Below, piece by piece: positions 9,072 through 17,465 of a stretch of 64,000 bases of DNA. The translations under genes were made by a program, and so were the position numbers. A model generated the notes under the pieces. That model ran no database searches, had not been told where the DNA came from, and saw only the letters and a program-made list of their open reading frames with translations. Each line of letters begins with the position of its first letter. Within the stretch, counting starts at the first letter, position 1. Source of the DNA: Candidatus Pacearchaeota archaeon. GTDB taxonomy: Archaea > Nanobdellota > Nanobdellia > Pacearchaeales > GW2011-AR1. The DNA is taken from NCBI GenBank assembly GCA_018303825.1, contig JAGVXK010000007.1, positions 10,094 through 74,093 of the forward strand, in the 5' to 3' direction.

Positions 9072-9383
9072 ATGGTAAATTATACGGCGGAAGATGGATT
9101 AAATGTATTAAACTATCTTGGAATTACGAGGATTACAGATAAGGAAAAAGCAGTTTTTAGGGAGAAGTGGAATAATTTATATCAAAGTAAGAAGCAGGAT
9201 ATAATAGGAACAGTCTGGACTTTGTATGCAGAAGTTTTGCCGTTTATATGCGGGGAGGGTGACAGAGGTTCATTTGTAGTTGCTCAAATGAGGGATTCTG
9301 ATTTTGGCAGAAGATTGGAAACTACTGGGCTTGACAGGAAATTAGGGGAAGGAATTTTACTTGAACAAATTCTGAAAGAATGA
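9072..9383 (+). CDS. Orphan hypothetical protein
   Basis: 103-aa ORF, TATA box TTTATATA at 9042-9049, leaderless spacing. Confidence 0.65.
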   Translation: MVNYTAEDGLNVLNYLGITRITDKEKAVFREKWNNLYQSKKQDIIGTVWTLYAEVLPFICGEGDRGSFVVAQMRDSDFGRRLETTGLDRKLGEGILLEQILKE

Positions 9384-9400
9384 CCACATAAATTTTATAA

Positions 9401-9421
9401 GATTGTTTAGGGCAAACAATC
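9401..9421. terminator. Hairpin between convergent genes
   Basis: Perfect 8-bp stem GATTGTTT-AGGGC-AAACAATC. Confidence 0.5.
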
Positions 9422-9426
9422 ACCGG

Positions 9427-10083
9427 TTATTTGAGAAGGGTTATCAGAAGGCCTTCGATGACTGCTGCGATTATTAATAAGGGAATTATGATTAGGAAGA
9501 AAACGAGCAGGGACTTATAAGCTCTTTCTATTAATGTCTGCATCCTGTTTTTTTTGAAGATAAATGCACCGAGCCTTATTCCGAGACCGAGGGAGATAAA
9601 AATGGCTGGGAGCTCAAATATTCCGTGGGGGAAAAGCCTCCAGATTTCGGAAAATCCAGCAATAGATGAGACCTTGCTTATTACATATCCAATAATAACA
9701 CCATTTGACATTATGCTTATCAGTGGGAATATGCCTAGGATTATCCCAAGAAATAGGCTCACGAATGCCATATTTAAGTTGTTTTGAAAGATAAATGAAA
9801 TTAAATCCATTCCCTGAAGGTTTTTTGTATTTTGCACAATTTCTGCCAGCAATTTATCCAAGTATGAGAAGTCTTTTGCGTTGAAAAATCCTATTAGGGC
9901 AAAGAAAACGAATGTAATTATCGTGAAATAAATATAATTCCTACTGTCCTTGATGTATTGCCAGCCTGTTGCCAACGGCCCCTTTAAGCTTGGAATTAGG
10001 TATTTTCTGGCTTGCTTATTCTGCTTCTCTGTTTTCTTGCCTGCTTTTTTTCTCTTTTGTTTTCCTGTTCTTTGTTTTTTCAT
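9427..10083 (-). CDS. Stage II sporulation protein M family membrane protein
   Basis: IFQNN..., NG..IG, PHGIFELPA and AAVIEG motifs. Confidence 0.9.
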   Translation of the reverse strand: MKKQRTGKQKRKKAGKKTEKQNKQARKYLIPSLKGPLATGWQYIKDSRNYIYFTIITFVFFALIGFFNAKDFSYLDKLLAEIVQNTKNLQGMDLISFIFQNNLNMAFVSLFLGIILGIFPLISIMSNGVIIGYVISKVSSIAGFSEIWRLFPHGIFELPAIFISLGLGIRLGAFIFKKNRMQTLIERAYKSLLVFFLIIIPLLIIAAVIEGLLITLLK

Positions 10084-10123
10084 TTTTATATTTATTTTTT
10101 AGGTTTGTTTGCTGTTTATTGCT

Positions 10124-10813
10124 TTACCTGAACATTCTTTGAAGCATATAAACCTTCTTTTGGTATTTGTTTCTTAGATAAAAGCCATAGATTAATCCAG
10201 AAAGGAGCCCTCCGAAGTGCGCCACATTACCAACTGGAAGATTAAATCCTATGCTTAGAGCCCAAAGTATAACCAAAAGGGCGGGAACTATTATGTATGC
10301 TGGAAAAGACCAGAATGGAAGGAAGATTATTGAAAATTTTAATCTTGGAAGCAGAACGACAAATAATCCGGCAATGCCAAATATTGCCCCAGAAGCGCCA
10401 ATCATATAAACTGCGGGAGAGCCAAGTATTCTTTCTCCGAAACCATAACCAAAAAAATATGAAAGCAGGACAGAGAGAATTCCAGCTACTAGTCCGGCAG
10501 TAATGTAAAACCAACCGAATCTTTTTCTTCCTATTATTCTTTCACATAATTTGCCAAATGAGAAGAGGGCGAACATATTAACAAACAAATGCAGCGGACT
10601 AAGATGAGAGAACATATGCAATATAATGGTCCAAATATATTTGCCTTGCATTATTAAATCAGGATTTAAGGCAAAATAGTTAATGTAGTCTTCGTTTATA
10701 TTTAGAAGGATAAAAAGAATAATCCACACTATTATATTTGTTATAATTATCCAGGCAGTTATGGATATTGCTGACAAAAATTCTGGCGAGTTTTTATTAT
10801 GAGTATTGTTCAT
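10124..10813 (-). CDS. Rhomboid family intramembrane serine protease
   Basis: HMFSH..HLFVNM, catalytic GASGAIFG and AHFGG. Confidence 0.95.
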   Translation of the reverse strand: MNNTHNKNSPEFLSAISITAWIIITNIIVWIILFILLNINEDYINYFALNPDLIMQGKYIWTIILHMFSHLSPLHLFVNMFALFSFGKLCERIIGRKRFGWFYITAGLVAGILSVLLSYFFGYGFGERILGSPAVYMIGASGAIFGIAGLFVVLLPRLKFSIIFLPFWSFPAYIIVPALLVILWALSIGFNLPVGNVAHFGGLLSGLIYGFYLRNKYQKKVYMLQRMFR

Positions 10814-10968
10814 GTCTTTTTCAGGGAGATATGGTTTTTAAATTGTGGGAAAAAAGGTAATTACTTAGCTTTTTAAGGTTCTGACGATAAAAAAGAACTG
10901 ATTTTTTGCTAATTTTTGGCTTTATAGACGATAACCACTTCATAAAGCTAAGTAGACACGAAAAATGC

Positions 10969-11733
10969 TTATTTTCTTTTCTTTTTTATTTTTTTATTTT
11001 TCTTCCTTTTTGCTTTTCTTTCTGCTTTCTTCTTTCTCTTTGCCCTTTCTTCTTTCTTTGCCAGTCTTACTTTTTCTTTTTTTCTTGCCTTTCTTTCTTT
11101 TTCCTTTTTCTTTACTTCTGCTCTCAATCTTCTCTTCTTTGTCTTTTCTTCTTGTCCCGTAACTACTCCTATTTCCAGGTTTATTTCATCGAGAACTTTT
11201 TGCAGCCTGGCAATTTTCTTTTCTAGTTCTTGAATTTCCTGGACGTGGCTTTTCAATTCAAGAATTTCTCCGCATTCTGGGCAGGCGTATTGGGCTAACA
11301 GAGCTTCTTCAGTAGTATATTCTGAATGACAATTAGGACAGATAAAGAATTGGTGTGTTTTTTTGATATGTATGTCTTTTTTTATATTTTCTATTTCCAG
11401 ATTAAGCTTGTCTCTGAATTTTTGCAGACTTTTTCCGAAATTAAGAGTCCAGAAATATGTATACCATCCACCCTTTTTTCTGTCTTTTTTTCTTATGAAT
11501 GAAACAAGACCTTCATCCGCCAGCTTATATAAAACGTTTCTTGTTTGATTTATGGTCAATTTGAGTTTTTTTGCTATTATGAATTCATTTATATTTTTCT
11601 TATCATATAATAGGTCCACTATTTTAGCAGCATTAGTGCCAGCAATGGATGAAACTATTTCCTTAAAAACAGTGATTTGCATATAACTTTCTAAAAGAGT
11701 TTTATTAAAAACCTTTCTACTGCTTGTCGTCAT
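10969..11733 (-). CDS. tfe: Transcription factor E (TFE/TFIIE-alpha) with long Lys/Arg-rich tail
   Basis: Winged helix INEFIIAKKL..INQTRNVLYKL..GWYTYFW, Zn ribbon CPNC..CPECG. Confidence 0.88.
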   Translation of the reverse strand: MTTSSRKVFNKTLLESYMQITVFKEIVSSIAGTNAAKIVDLLYDKKNINEFIIAKKLKLTINQTRNVLYKLADEGLVSFIRKKDRKKGGWYTYFWTLNFGKSLQKFRDKLNLEIENIKKDIHIKKTHQFFICPNCHSEYTTEEALLAQYACPECGEILELKSHVQEIQELEKKIARLQKVLDEINLEIGVVTGQEEKTKKRRLRAEVKKKEKERKARKKEKVRLAKKEERAKRKKKAERKAKRKKNKKIKKKRK

Positions 11734-11766
11734 TAGATAGTTAATCTAAAGTTATATAAATTAAAA

Positions 11767-12531
11767 TTGGAAATTAAGGATATGTTCTTTAAAAAGAAAG
11801 AGGATAAAAGCAAGCTGCCCGATTTACCGCCTTTGCCTATGCGGAATATGAATTTGCAGCCAAGGGATTCTCAAAGTTTTGAGAGACTGCCTTCTTTTGG
11901 TTCAGCAGATAAAGAATTAAGAAAGGAGATTTCCGAAGGTGAACAGGATTCTATTGATTCTGAGGAGAGGCATTCTTTGCCTAGTTTCCCTGATTCTCCC
12001 ATGGAGAGAGGATTTTCACAATCAGCCATAAAAGAAGCAGTCAGTGATGAACCAGAGGATTTGCCAAAATTATCCGAATCATTCGAATCTGATGAGAGTG
12101 TTGGAAGCCCAATGCCGAAAAAAATTAAGGTTGTTGAAGCCGATCAGTCAGGGTTTAAGAAGGTTGAGTCAAGCAATTGGTATTCTGCAACAGGAATAGA
12201 TGAGCCGAGTGAAGAAAAATCAATAACGAATGCGAGGCCTGTTAAGATTAAAGAGATTGGAGAAGTTAAGAGCAGTATGAATGAGATTTCTGTTGGTAAA
12301 AATGTGGCTAAGAACCAGGATATTTTTGTCAGAATTGATAAATATAGAAGCGCTAGAAAATCTTTGGATGAAATTGACTTTAGGCTGAATGAAATAGATT
12401 CCTTGCTGAAAAAAATCAGGGAGACAAAGTTGAGGGAAGAGCAAGAAATGAATGCATGGGATCGGGAATTGAATACAATTAGGGAAAAACTAAAAGATGT
12501 AACAGGAAATATATTTGAGAAGGCAGACTAA
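11767..12531 (+). CDS. Hypothetical protein, low-complexity middle and C-terminal coiled coil
   Basis: 254-aa ORF; KLPDLPPLP and LPSFP motifs, C-terminal IFVRIDKY..W..EL..IREKL. Confidence 0.75.
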   Translation: MEIKDMFFKKKEDKSKLPDLPPLPMRNMNLQPRDSQSFERLPSFGSADKELRKEISEGEQDSIDSEERHSLPSFPDSPMERGFSQSAIKEAVSDEPEDLPKLSESFESDESVGSPMPKKIKVVEADQSGFKKVESSNWYSATGIDEPSEEKSITNARPVKIKEIGEVKSSMNEISVGKNVAKNQDIFVRIDKYRSARKSLDEIDFRLNEIDSLLKKIRETKLREEQEMNAWDRELNTIREKLKDVTGNIFEKAD

Positions 12532-12534
12532 AAA

Positions 12535-12870
12535 ATGAAATCCGAATATGTAAAACTTTCAAGTGATGAGAAGTTTTTTGGTACTAAGAATCTGCTTCAA
12601 TCTCAGGAGAGTATGATAAATTTATTAAAACACTTTGATAAATACGGGGAATTAAGGAAAGATGAGATGAATTTAAGAGTTTCTTTGAAAAGTAAGATTG
12701 GGGAAGCTATGAACATTGTTGACAATTTGATAAGAAGCCTTCCAAAAGCGAGGATGGAAGACAATGAACCTGATGAATTCGAGATTCTTGACAGGGAAAA
12801 GAGAGAAAAGAAAGAAACCCATGAAAGGGAATTGGAAGATATCCGGCAGAAACTTGCATCGTTAGGATAA
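12535..12870 (+). CDS. Hypothetical coiled-coil protein
   Basis: 111-aa ORF in operon arrangement with the upstream gene. Confidence 0.7.
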   Translation: MKSEYVKLSSDEKFFGTKNLLQSQESMINLLKHFDKYGELRKDEMNLRVSLKSKIGEAMNIVDNLIRSLPKARMEDNEPDEFEILDREKREKKETHERELEDIRQKLASLG

Positions 12871-12909
12871 ATTCAATAATTTTAAATATGAACATATTTC
12901 TAAGCATAT

Positions 12910-14703
12910 ATGAAAGGGATAAAAACAAGGCAAGAACTTATTAAGGAATATGTAGAGTTTTTTAAGGGCAAAGGGCATAAGCATATTCCTTCATCTTCGT
13001 TGATTCCTGAGAATGATTCAACAGTATTATTCACAACAGCAGGAATGCATCCACTTATTCCTTTTCTTTTAGGGGAAAAGCATCCGCTTGGAAAGAGAAT
13101 AGTTAATGTGCAGAAATGCATAAGGACAAACGATATAGATGAAGTTGGCGATGAGGTACATCACACTTTCTTTGAAATGTTAGGTAATTGGTCTATGGGA
13201 GATTATTGGAAATCAGAGGCTATAAAATGTACTTTTGAATTTCATACAAAAGTATTGGGAATTCCAGTTGAGAAATATGCAGTAACTATATTTAAGGGAA
13301 ATGAAAATGCCCTCAAGGATGCCGAAGCAGAGAAAGCCTGGCTTTCTCTTGGAATTCCAAAAGAAAGAATTGCATTTCTCGGAAAGGAAGATAATTGGTG
13401 GGGGCCGGCTGGAGAAACTGGACCTTGCGGACCTTGCACAGAGCAATTTTATTGGAAAGGCAAAAAGGCAGCTCCAAAGAAGTTTAATCCAGAGGATAAG
13501 AATTGGGTGGAAATAGGAAATGATGTGTTGATGGAATATGAGAAAACAAAGGAAGGGAAATATATTCCATTGAAGCAAAAGAATATTGATTTCGGAGGAG
13601 GTGTTGAAAGAACCTTTGCCGTCCTGAATGGATTTGATGATAATTATCTTTCTTCAATATTCCAGCCGATTATAAAAGAGATTGAATTAATTTCAGGGAA
13701 GAGATATGGAAAAAATAAAGGGGAAACAAGGGCAATAAGGATTATTGCAGACCATATAAGAGCAGCGACTTTTATTTTAGGGGATGAAAAGGCAGTAAAG
13801 CCAAGCAACATTGGGCAAGGATATGTTTTGAGAAGAATTATTAGAAGAGCGATTAGGTATGGAAAATTAATTGGTATTAAAGATAATTTCACTTCAAAGG
13901 TTGCAAAATCAGTCATTTTGGTTTATCCAGATTATCAAGAATTGCATGTAAATAAGAAATTTATTGAGGAACAATTGGACGAAGAAGAAAACAGGTTTAA
14001 TCAGACGTTGGAAAAAGGAATAAGGAAGTTTAATGGACTAGCTTCCAGGAGAGAAAAGATTCTTACTGGGAAAGAAGCATTCCTGCTTTTCCAGAGTTTT
14101 GGTTTTCCTATTGAGTTTACAGAGGAATTGGCGGAAGAGAAAGGAATTAAAGTTGATTTGGAGGAATATAATGCTGAATTTAAGAGACATCAGGACTTAT
14201 CAAGGACAGCAAGTGCAGGGACTTTTAAATCAGGACTTGCAGATGATAGCGAGCAAACAAGAAAATTACATACTGCAACACATTTATTGAACGAAGTCCT
14301 TAGAAGAGTGCTTGGAAATGAAGTTAAACAAAAAGGGAGCAATATTAATCCAGAAAGGCTTAGGTTTGACTTTAATTTTTCAAGGAAGTTAACAAATGAG
14401 GAAATAAAGAAAGTTGAAGAATTGGTTAATATGAAGATAAAAGAAAAACTGGATGTTTTAAGAGATGAAATACCTGTCAAGGATGCCATATCCGGTGGCG
14501 CACAGGCAGAGTTCGGAGCTAAATATCCTGAACTTGTCAGTGTTTATACTGTAATAGATAAAAAAGAGAAGAAAGGATGGTTCTCAAAAGAAATTTGCAC
14601 AGGCCCACACGTTTCAAATACTGGCGAGATTGGAAAGTTCAAGATTATTAAAGAGGAATCTGTGGCTGCGGGAGTCAGAAGGATAAAGGCTGTTGTGGAA
14701 TAA
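12910..14703 (+). CDS. alaS: Alanine--tRNA ligase lacking the C-Ala domain
   Basis: FTTAGMHP, QKCIRT.D, HHTFFEMLGNWS, DFGGGVER; editing motifs HTATH and CTGPH; ends at GVRRIKAV. Confidence 0.96.
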   Translation: MKGIKTRQELIKEYVEFFKGKGHKHIPSSSLIPENDSTVLFTTAGMHPLIPFLLGEKHPLGKRIVNVQKCIRTNDIDEVGDEVHHTFFEMLGNWSMGDYWKSEAIKCTFEFHTKVLGIPVEKYAVTIFKGNENALKDAEAEKAWLSLGIPKERIAFLGKEDNWWGPAGETGPCGPCTEQFYWKGKKAAPKKFNPEDKNWVEIGNDVLMEYEKTKEGKYIPLKQKNIDFGGGVERTFAVLNGFDDNYLSSIFQPIIKEIELISGKRYGKNKGETRAIRIIADHIRAATFILGDEKAVKPSNIGQGYVLRRIIRRAIRYGKLIGIKDNFTSKVAKSVILVYPDYQELHVNKKFIEEQLDEEENRFNQTLEKGIRKFNGLASRREKILTGKEAFLLFQSFGFPIEFTEELAEEKGIKVDLEEYNAEFKRHQDLSRTASAGTFKSGLADDSEQTRKLHTATHLLNEVLRRVLGNEVKQKGSNINPERLRFDFNFSRKLTNEEIKKVEELVNMKIKEKLDVLRDEIPVKDAISGGAQAEFGAKYPELVSVYTVIDKKEKKGWFSKEICTGPHVSNTGEIGKFKIIKEESVAAGVRRIKAVVE

Positions 14704-14704
14704 A

Positions 14705-15214
14705 ATGACTAAGATATTAATTGCTTCAAAATATGAAAAAGTGGAAGGTTCTTTGATTTTTTTGGCTGGGTCGATACAAGGTGCGAAAAATTGGCAGGAA
14801 GAGGCAATTAAAATAATAAGCGAATTGAAAAATCTGAAGATAAATGTTGCTTCTCCGAGAAGAAATGTTTCTGTTGAAGGAGATTTTACAGATGAAATGT
14901 ATAATGAACAAGTTGATTGGGAAACTTTTCATTTGCGAAGGGCTGCGAAAAAAGGAGTTATAATGTTTTGGCTCGCCAAGGAATCCGAGCATTTTCATAA
15001 TAGAGCTTATGCACAGACTTCAAGATTTGAGCTTGCAGAGTGGAAAGTCAGGCATGCAAAAGAGAACGTTAAATTAGTCATTGGAATAGAAAAAGGATTT
15101 ACCGGCGCAAGATACATTCGGAGAAGATTTTCACAGGATTGTCCAGATGTTCCAATCCTTGATAGCTTAACCGAGACATGCAAAAAAGCAGTTGAATTAG
15201 CTTTGGAAAGTTAG
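14705..15214 (+). CDS. Nucleoside 2-deoxyribosyltransferase-like domain protein (start likely ATG 14705)
   Basis: IFLAGSIQGAKNWQ..ASPRR..QVDWE..L.RA..IMFW..T.RFELAEW pattern. Confidence 0.8.
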   Translation: MTKILIASKYEKVEGSLIFLAGSIQGAKNWQEEAIKIISELKNLKINVASPRRNVSVEGDFTDEMYNEQVDWETFHLRRAAKKGVIMFWLAKESEHFHNRAYAQTSRFELAEWKVRHAKENVKLVIGIEKGFTGARYIRRRFSQDCPDVPILDSLTETCKKAVELALES

Positions 15215-15304
15215 GTGTTATGACTAATAGAATAATTATGTAATTACTTCTATTTAATACTAAATCATAAAAATCTTTATAAACTAGGCATTTCTAAGGA
15301 GAAT

Positions 15305-15502
15305 ATGAATAAATGGGTTGAATTATTGCTTGGACTGGTATTGGTAATAGTTGCAATTATAGTCGCATTTTATTCGAGAGGTTGGGGTCTTTGGAACTTC
15401 TGGTCACCCGCTTGGGTCTTTATCAAGGGCGCTGTATTTTGGCTAGTTGTAATGCTTGGCGTTCTTTTTATTCTTCTTGGCATAAGTGATTTGAAAGGTT
15501 AA
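15305..15502 (+). CDS. Small two-TM membrane protein
   Basis: 65 aa, two hydrophobic helices, ends LGISDLKG. Confidence 0.7.
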   Translation: MNKWVELLLGLVLVIVAIIVAFYSRGWGLWNFWSPAWVFIKGAVFWLVVMLGVLFILLGISDLKG

Positions 15503-15639
15503 AATTGTTTTTTAATTATTATGCTGTTATTTAATTGCATTATCTTTTGATTTAGTTATTTAAGTTCAATCTTAATGGAAGTCAAAACAGGGTTTATATA
15601 CATCTTTTTCTTGTGTTTCCTGTGAACGAAAATGACAGA

Positions 15640-15661
15640 TAGGCTTTAGGAAAGTCAAGGT
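15640..15661 (+). promoter_or_regulatory. Shortened copy of the TAGGCTTT-N3-AAAGCCTA-GGAARGTAAGGT leader element (site A)
   Basis: TAGGCTTTAGGAAAGTCAAGGT, downstream of TATA box TTTATATA and 6 nt before ATG 15668. Confidence 0.55.
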
Positions 15662-15667
15662 TCATAA

Positions 15668-16297
15668 ATGAGAATGACAGAAAAATACATCAACATTGAT
15701 TTGAATGATCCTAGAAGCGGAAAGATAGCAGAGGTAATCAGCAATAAGACGAGCAAGAGAATACTTGGATTGATAGCGGAAAGAGAGATGAGTGCTACAG
15801 AGATAGCTAATGAATTGGGATTGCCTTTAAACACGGCAACATATAATATAGAGAAGTTGGTTGATTCAGGGTTGATTGAGAAAGTAAAGGGATTTTTATG
15901 GAGCACAAGGGGGAAGAAGATTGAAAAATATAAAATAGCAAACAAGAAAATAGTTATTTCTCCAAGAACCATGATGAAGGGGATTATTCCTGCAATATTG
16001 GGTGTTGGAGTCATCTCTTTTATATTGAAGTTACTTTCTGATAATCAATCTAATACTAGTAATTATGTTCAGACAGCAGCAATGGATAAAGCAGTTTCAG
16101 GCGCCAGCGGGGTAGTCAGTGAGGCAGCTAGTGAGCTTATTACCAGGCCAGAGCCAGCATCAACGGGAGTTGTGAGTAATATATGCAGTTCTTTTAATTC
16201 TCTGTCTGGAGAGGTATGGGCTTGGTTCCTTCTTGGAGCGCTGGTTGCAATTTTAATCTATTTAATATTCAACAGTATTGAAAGGAGGTATAAATGA
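15668..16297 (+). CDS. ArsR-type winged-helix regulator with two TM segments
   Basis: SNKTSKRILGLI..SATEIANELGLPLNTATYNIEKLVDSGLIE followed by two hydrophobic helices. Confidence 0.88.
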   Translation: MRMTEKYINIDLNDPRSGKIAEVISNKTSKRILGLIAEREMSATEIANELGLPLNTATYNIEKLVDSGLIEKVKGFLWSTRGKKIEKYKIANKKIVISPRTMMKGIIPAILGVGVISFILKLLSDNQSNTSNYVQTAAMDKAVSGASGVVSEAASELITRPEPASTGVVSNICSSFNSLSGEVWAWFLLGALVAILIYLIFNSIERRYK

Positions 16298-17016
16298 ACA
16301 ATAAAATTTTAATCGGGGTTGTAGTAATAGCAATACTACTTGTTGCGGGATATCTTGTATTTAATGCAGGTCCTGTTGTATCTGCTCAAGGAACTTCAAA
16401 AATAAGTGTCCAGCCAGATTTAGTATCTGTTAATATAGATGTTACAACTAAAAATATAACTGCAACAGATGCGCAGGAAGCTAACAAAAGAATTAGCGAT
16501 GCATTGCTTTTTGAGCTTGTAAAATTAGGTTTTACAACAAGGGAATTACAATTTGTTAATTATAATGTTTATGAAGATGTAGATTGGAGGACCAATACTA
16601 AGAAAGGCTATGTTGTGTCACAGCAGCTAGTTGTAAAGACTGATAAGACGGCAAAGGTGCCTGGAATAGTTGATGCAGCCATAAATGCCGGCGCTCTTGT
16701 AAGTTATATCAATTTTGAGTTAAGTGAAGAGAAACAGAGAGAGTACAAGGCACAGGCTTTGGAGGCTGCAAGCAGGGATGCAAAAGATAAGGTACAAGCA
16801 ATTGCTTCTGGACAGGGAAAGAGGGTTGGAAGATTAGTTTCATTGATTAATCAGGAGTTTTATTATCCTGGGCTAATGTATGCTTATCAGAAAGCCGGGG
16901 AAGTTGCAATGGATGTGGCAAACAGCGAAGCAAGAACCGCTGCTTTAAACTTGAATCCTCAAAATTTGGATGTGACTGCTTCAATTGCTGCCCAGTACAA
17001 GCTCAGTTTCTTTTAA
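16294..17016 (+). CDS. SIMPL (DUF541) domain exported protein
   Basis: N-terminal signal/TM, VQPD, GAL..YINFELS, AL..A..DA..K...IA motifs. Confidence 0.88.
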   Translation: MNNKILIGVVVIAILLVAGYLVFNAGPVVSAQGTSKISVQPDLVSVNIDVTTKNITATDAQEANKRISDALLFELVKLGFTTRELQFVNYNVYEDVDWRTNTKKGYVVSQQLVVKTDKTAKVPGIVDAAINAGALVSYINFELSEEKQREYKAQALEAASRDAKDKVQAIASGQGKRVGRLVSLINQEFYYPGLMYAYQKAGEVAMDVANSEARTAALNLNPQNLDVTASIAAQYKLSFF

Positions 17017-17139
17017 TTTTGCTTTTTTCATTATTTTTTTCTTTTTTTATCATTTTTGTAGTTAATCTTGTATAATAATTGTTATTTTGGTTTTAACACA
17101 ACGTTTAAATATCTATTTTATCTAGTTCTATTGCTTAGT

Positions 17140-17187
17140 ATTGATGAGGATTATTGATGCAAGGCATTGATGCAAGGCATTGATGCA
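17140..17187. repeat. 13-bp periodic array (ATTGATGCAAGGC unit; four ATTGATG cores)
   Basis: Cores at 17140, 17153, 17166, 17179; the unit contains the dyad GCAT-TG-ATGC; lies just downstream of TATA box TTTAAATA (17104-17111). Confidence 0.9.
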
Positions 17188-17224
17188 CAATAAGGAATGA
17201 AGAGAGCAGAATGAAAGATAAAAG

Positions 17225-17255
17225 TAGGCTTTATGAAAGCCTAGGAAGGTAAGGT
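17225..17255 (+). promoter_or_regulatory. Palindromic leader element (site B)
   Basis: TAGGCTTT-ATG-AAAGCCTA-GGAAGGTAAGGT, 9 nt before ATG 17265. Confidence 0.7.
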
Positions 17256-17264
17256 TATAAAAAT

Positions 17265-17465
17265 ATGAGAGATAAAAAAGAGAGGGTGTTGGATTTATTG
17301 AGAAAAGACCCTGATGGATTGACTATAATGGAGATTTCTCAAAAAATTGGAGTATCCAGAAATACTGCTGCGGTGGTTCTTGCTGAATTAAGGGGGGCGC
17401 AATTGATAAGAGTCAGGGAGATAGGGAAGGCCAAATTGCATTATTTAAATGGAGATAAAAAATGA
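17265..17465 (+). CDS. Small winged-helix DNA-binding protein
   Basis: GLTIMEISQKIGVSRNTAAVVLAEL.GA..I..R.IGKAKLHY; overlaps the start of the giant gene. Confidence 0.85.
   Translation: MRDKKERVLDLLRKDPDGLTIMEISQKIGVSRNTAAVVLAELRGAQLIRVREIGKAKLHYLNGDKK

Larger units (their letters stand above)
9007..9446. repeat. 20-bp direct repeats (9007-9026 and 9427-9446) bounding a 420-bp unit
   Basis: TTATTTGAGAAAAGTTATCA vs TTATTTGAGAAGGGTTATCA (18/20); the second copy is the last codons and stop of the SpoIIM gene. Confidence 0.75.

Noticed and set aside
10906-11226. Phe/Leu/Ser-rich ORFs that look like membrane proteins
   Set aside because: Reverse complement of the AAG/AAA-rich TFE tail codons.
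17140-17187. Possible mini-CRISPR array
   Set aside because: Units are 13 bp and contiguous, with no unique spacers and no cas genes in the window.
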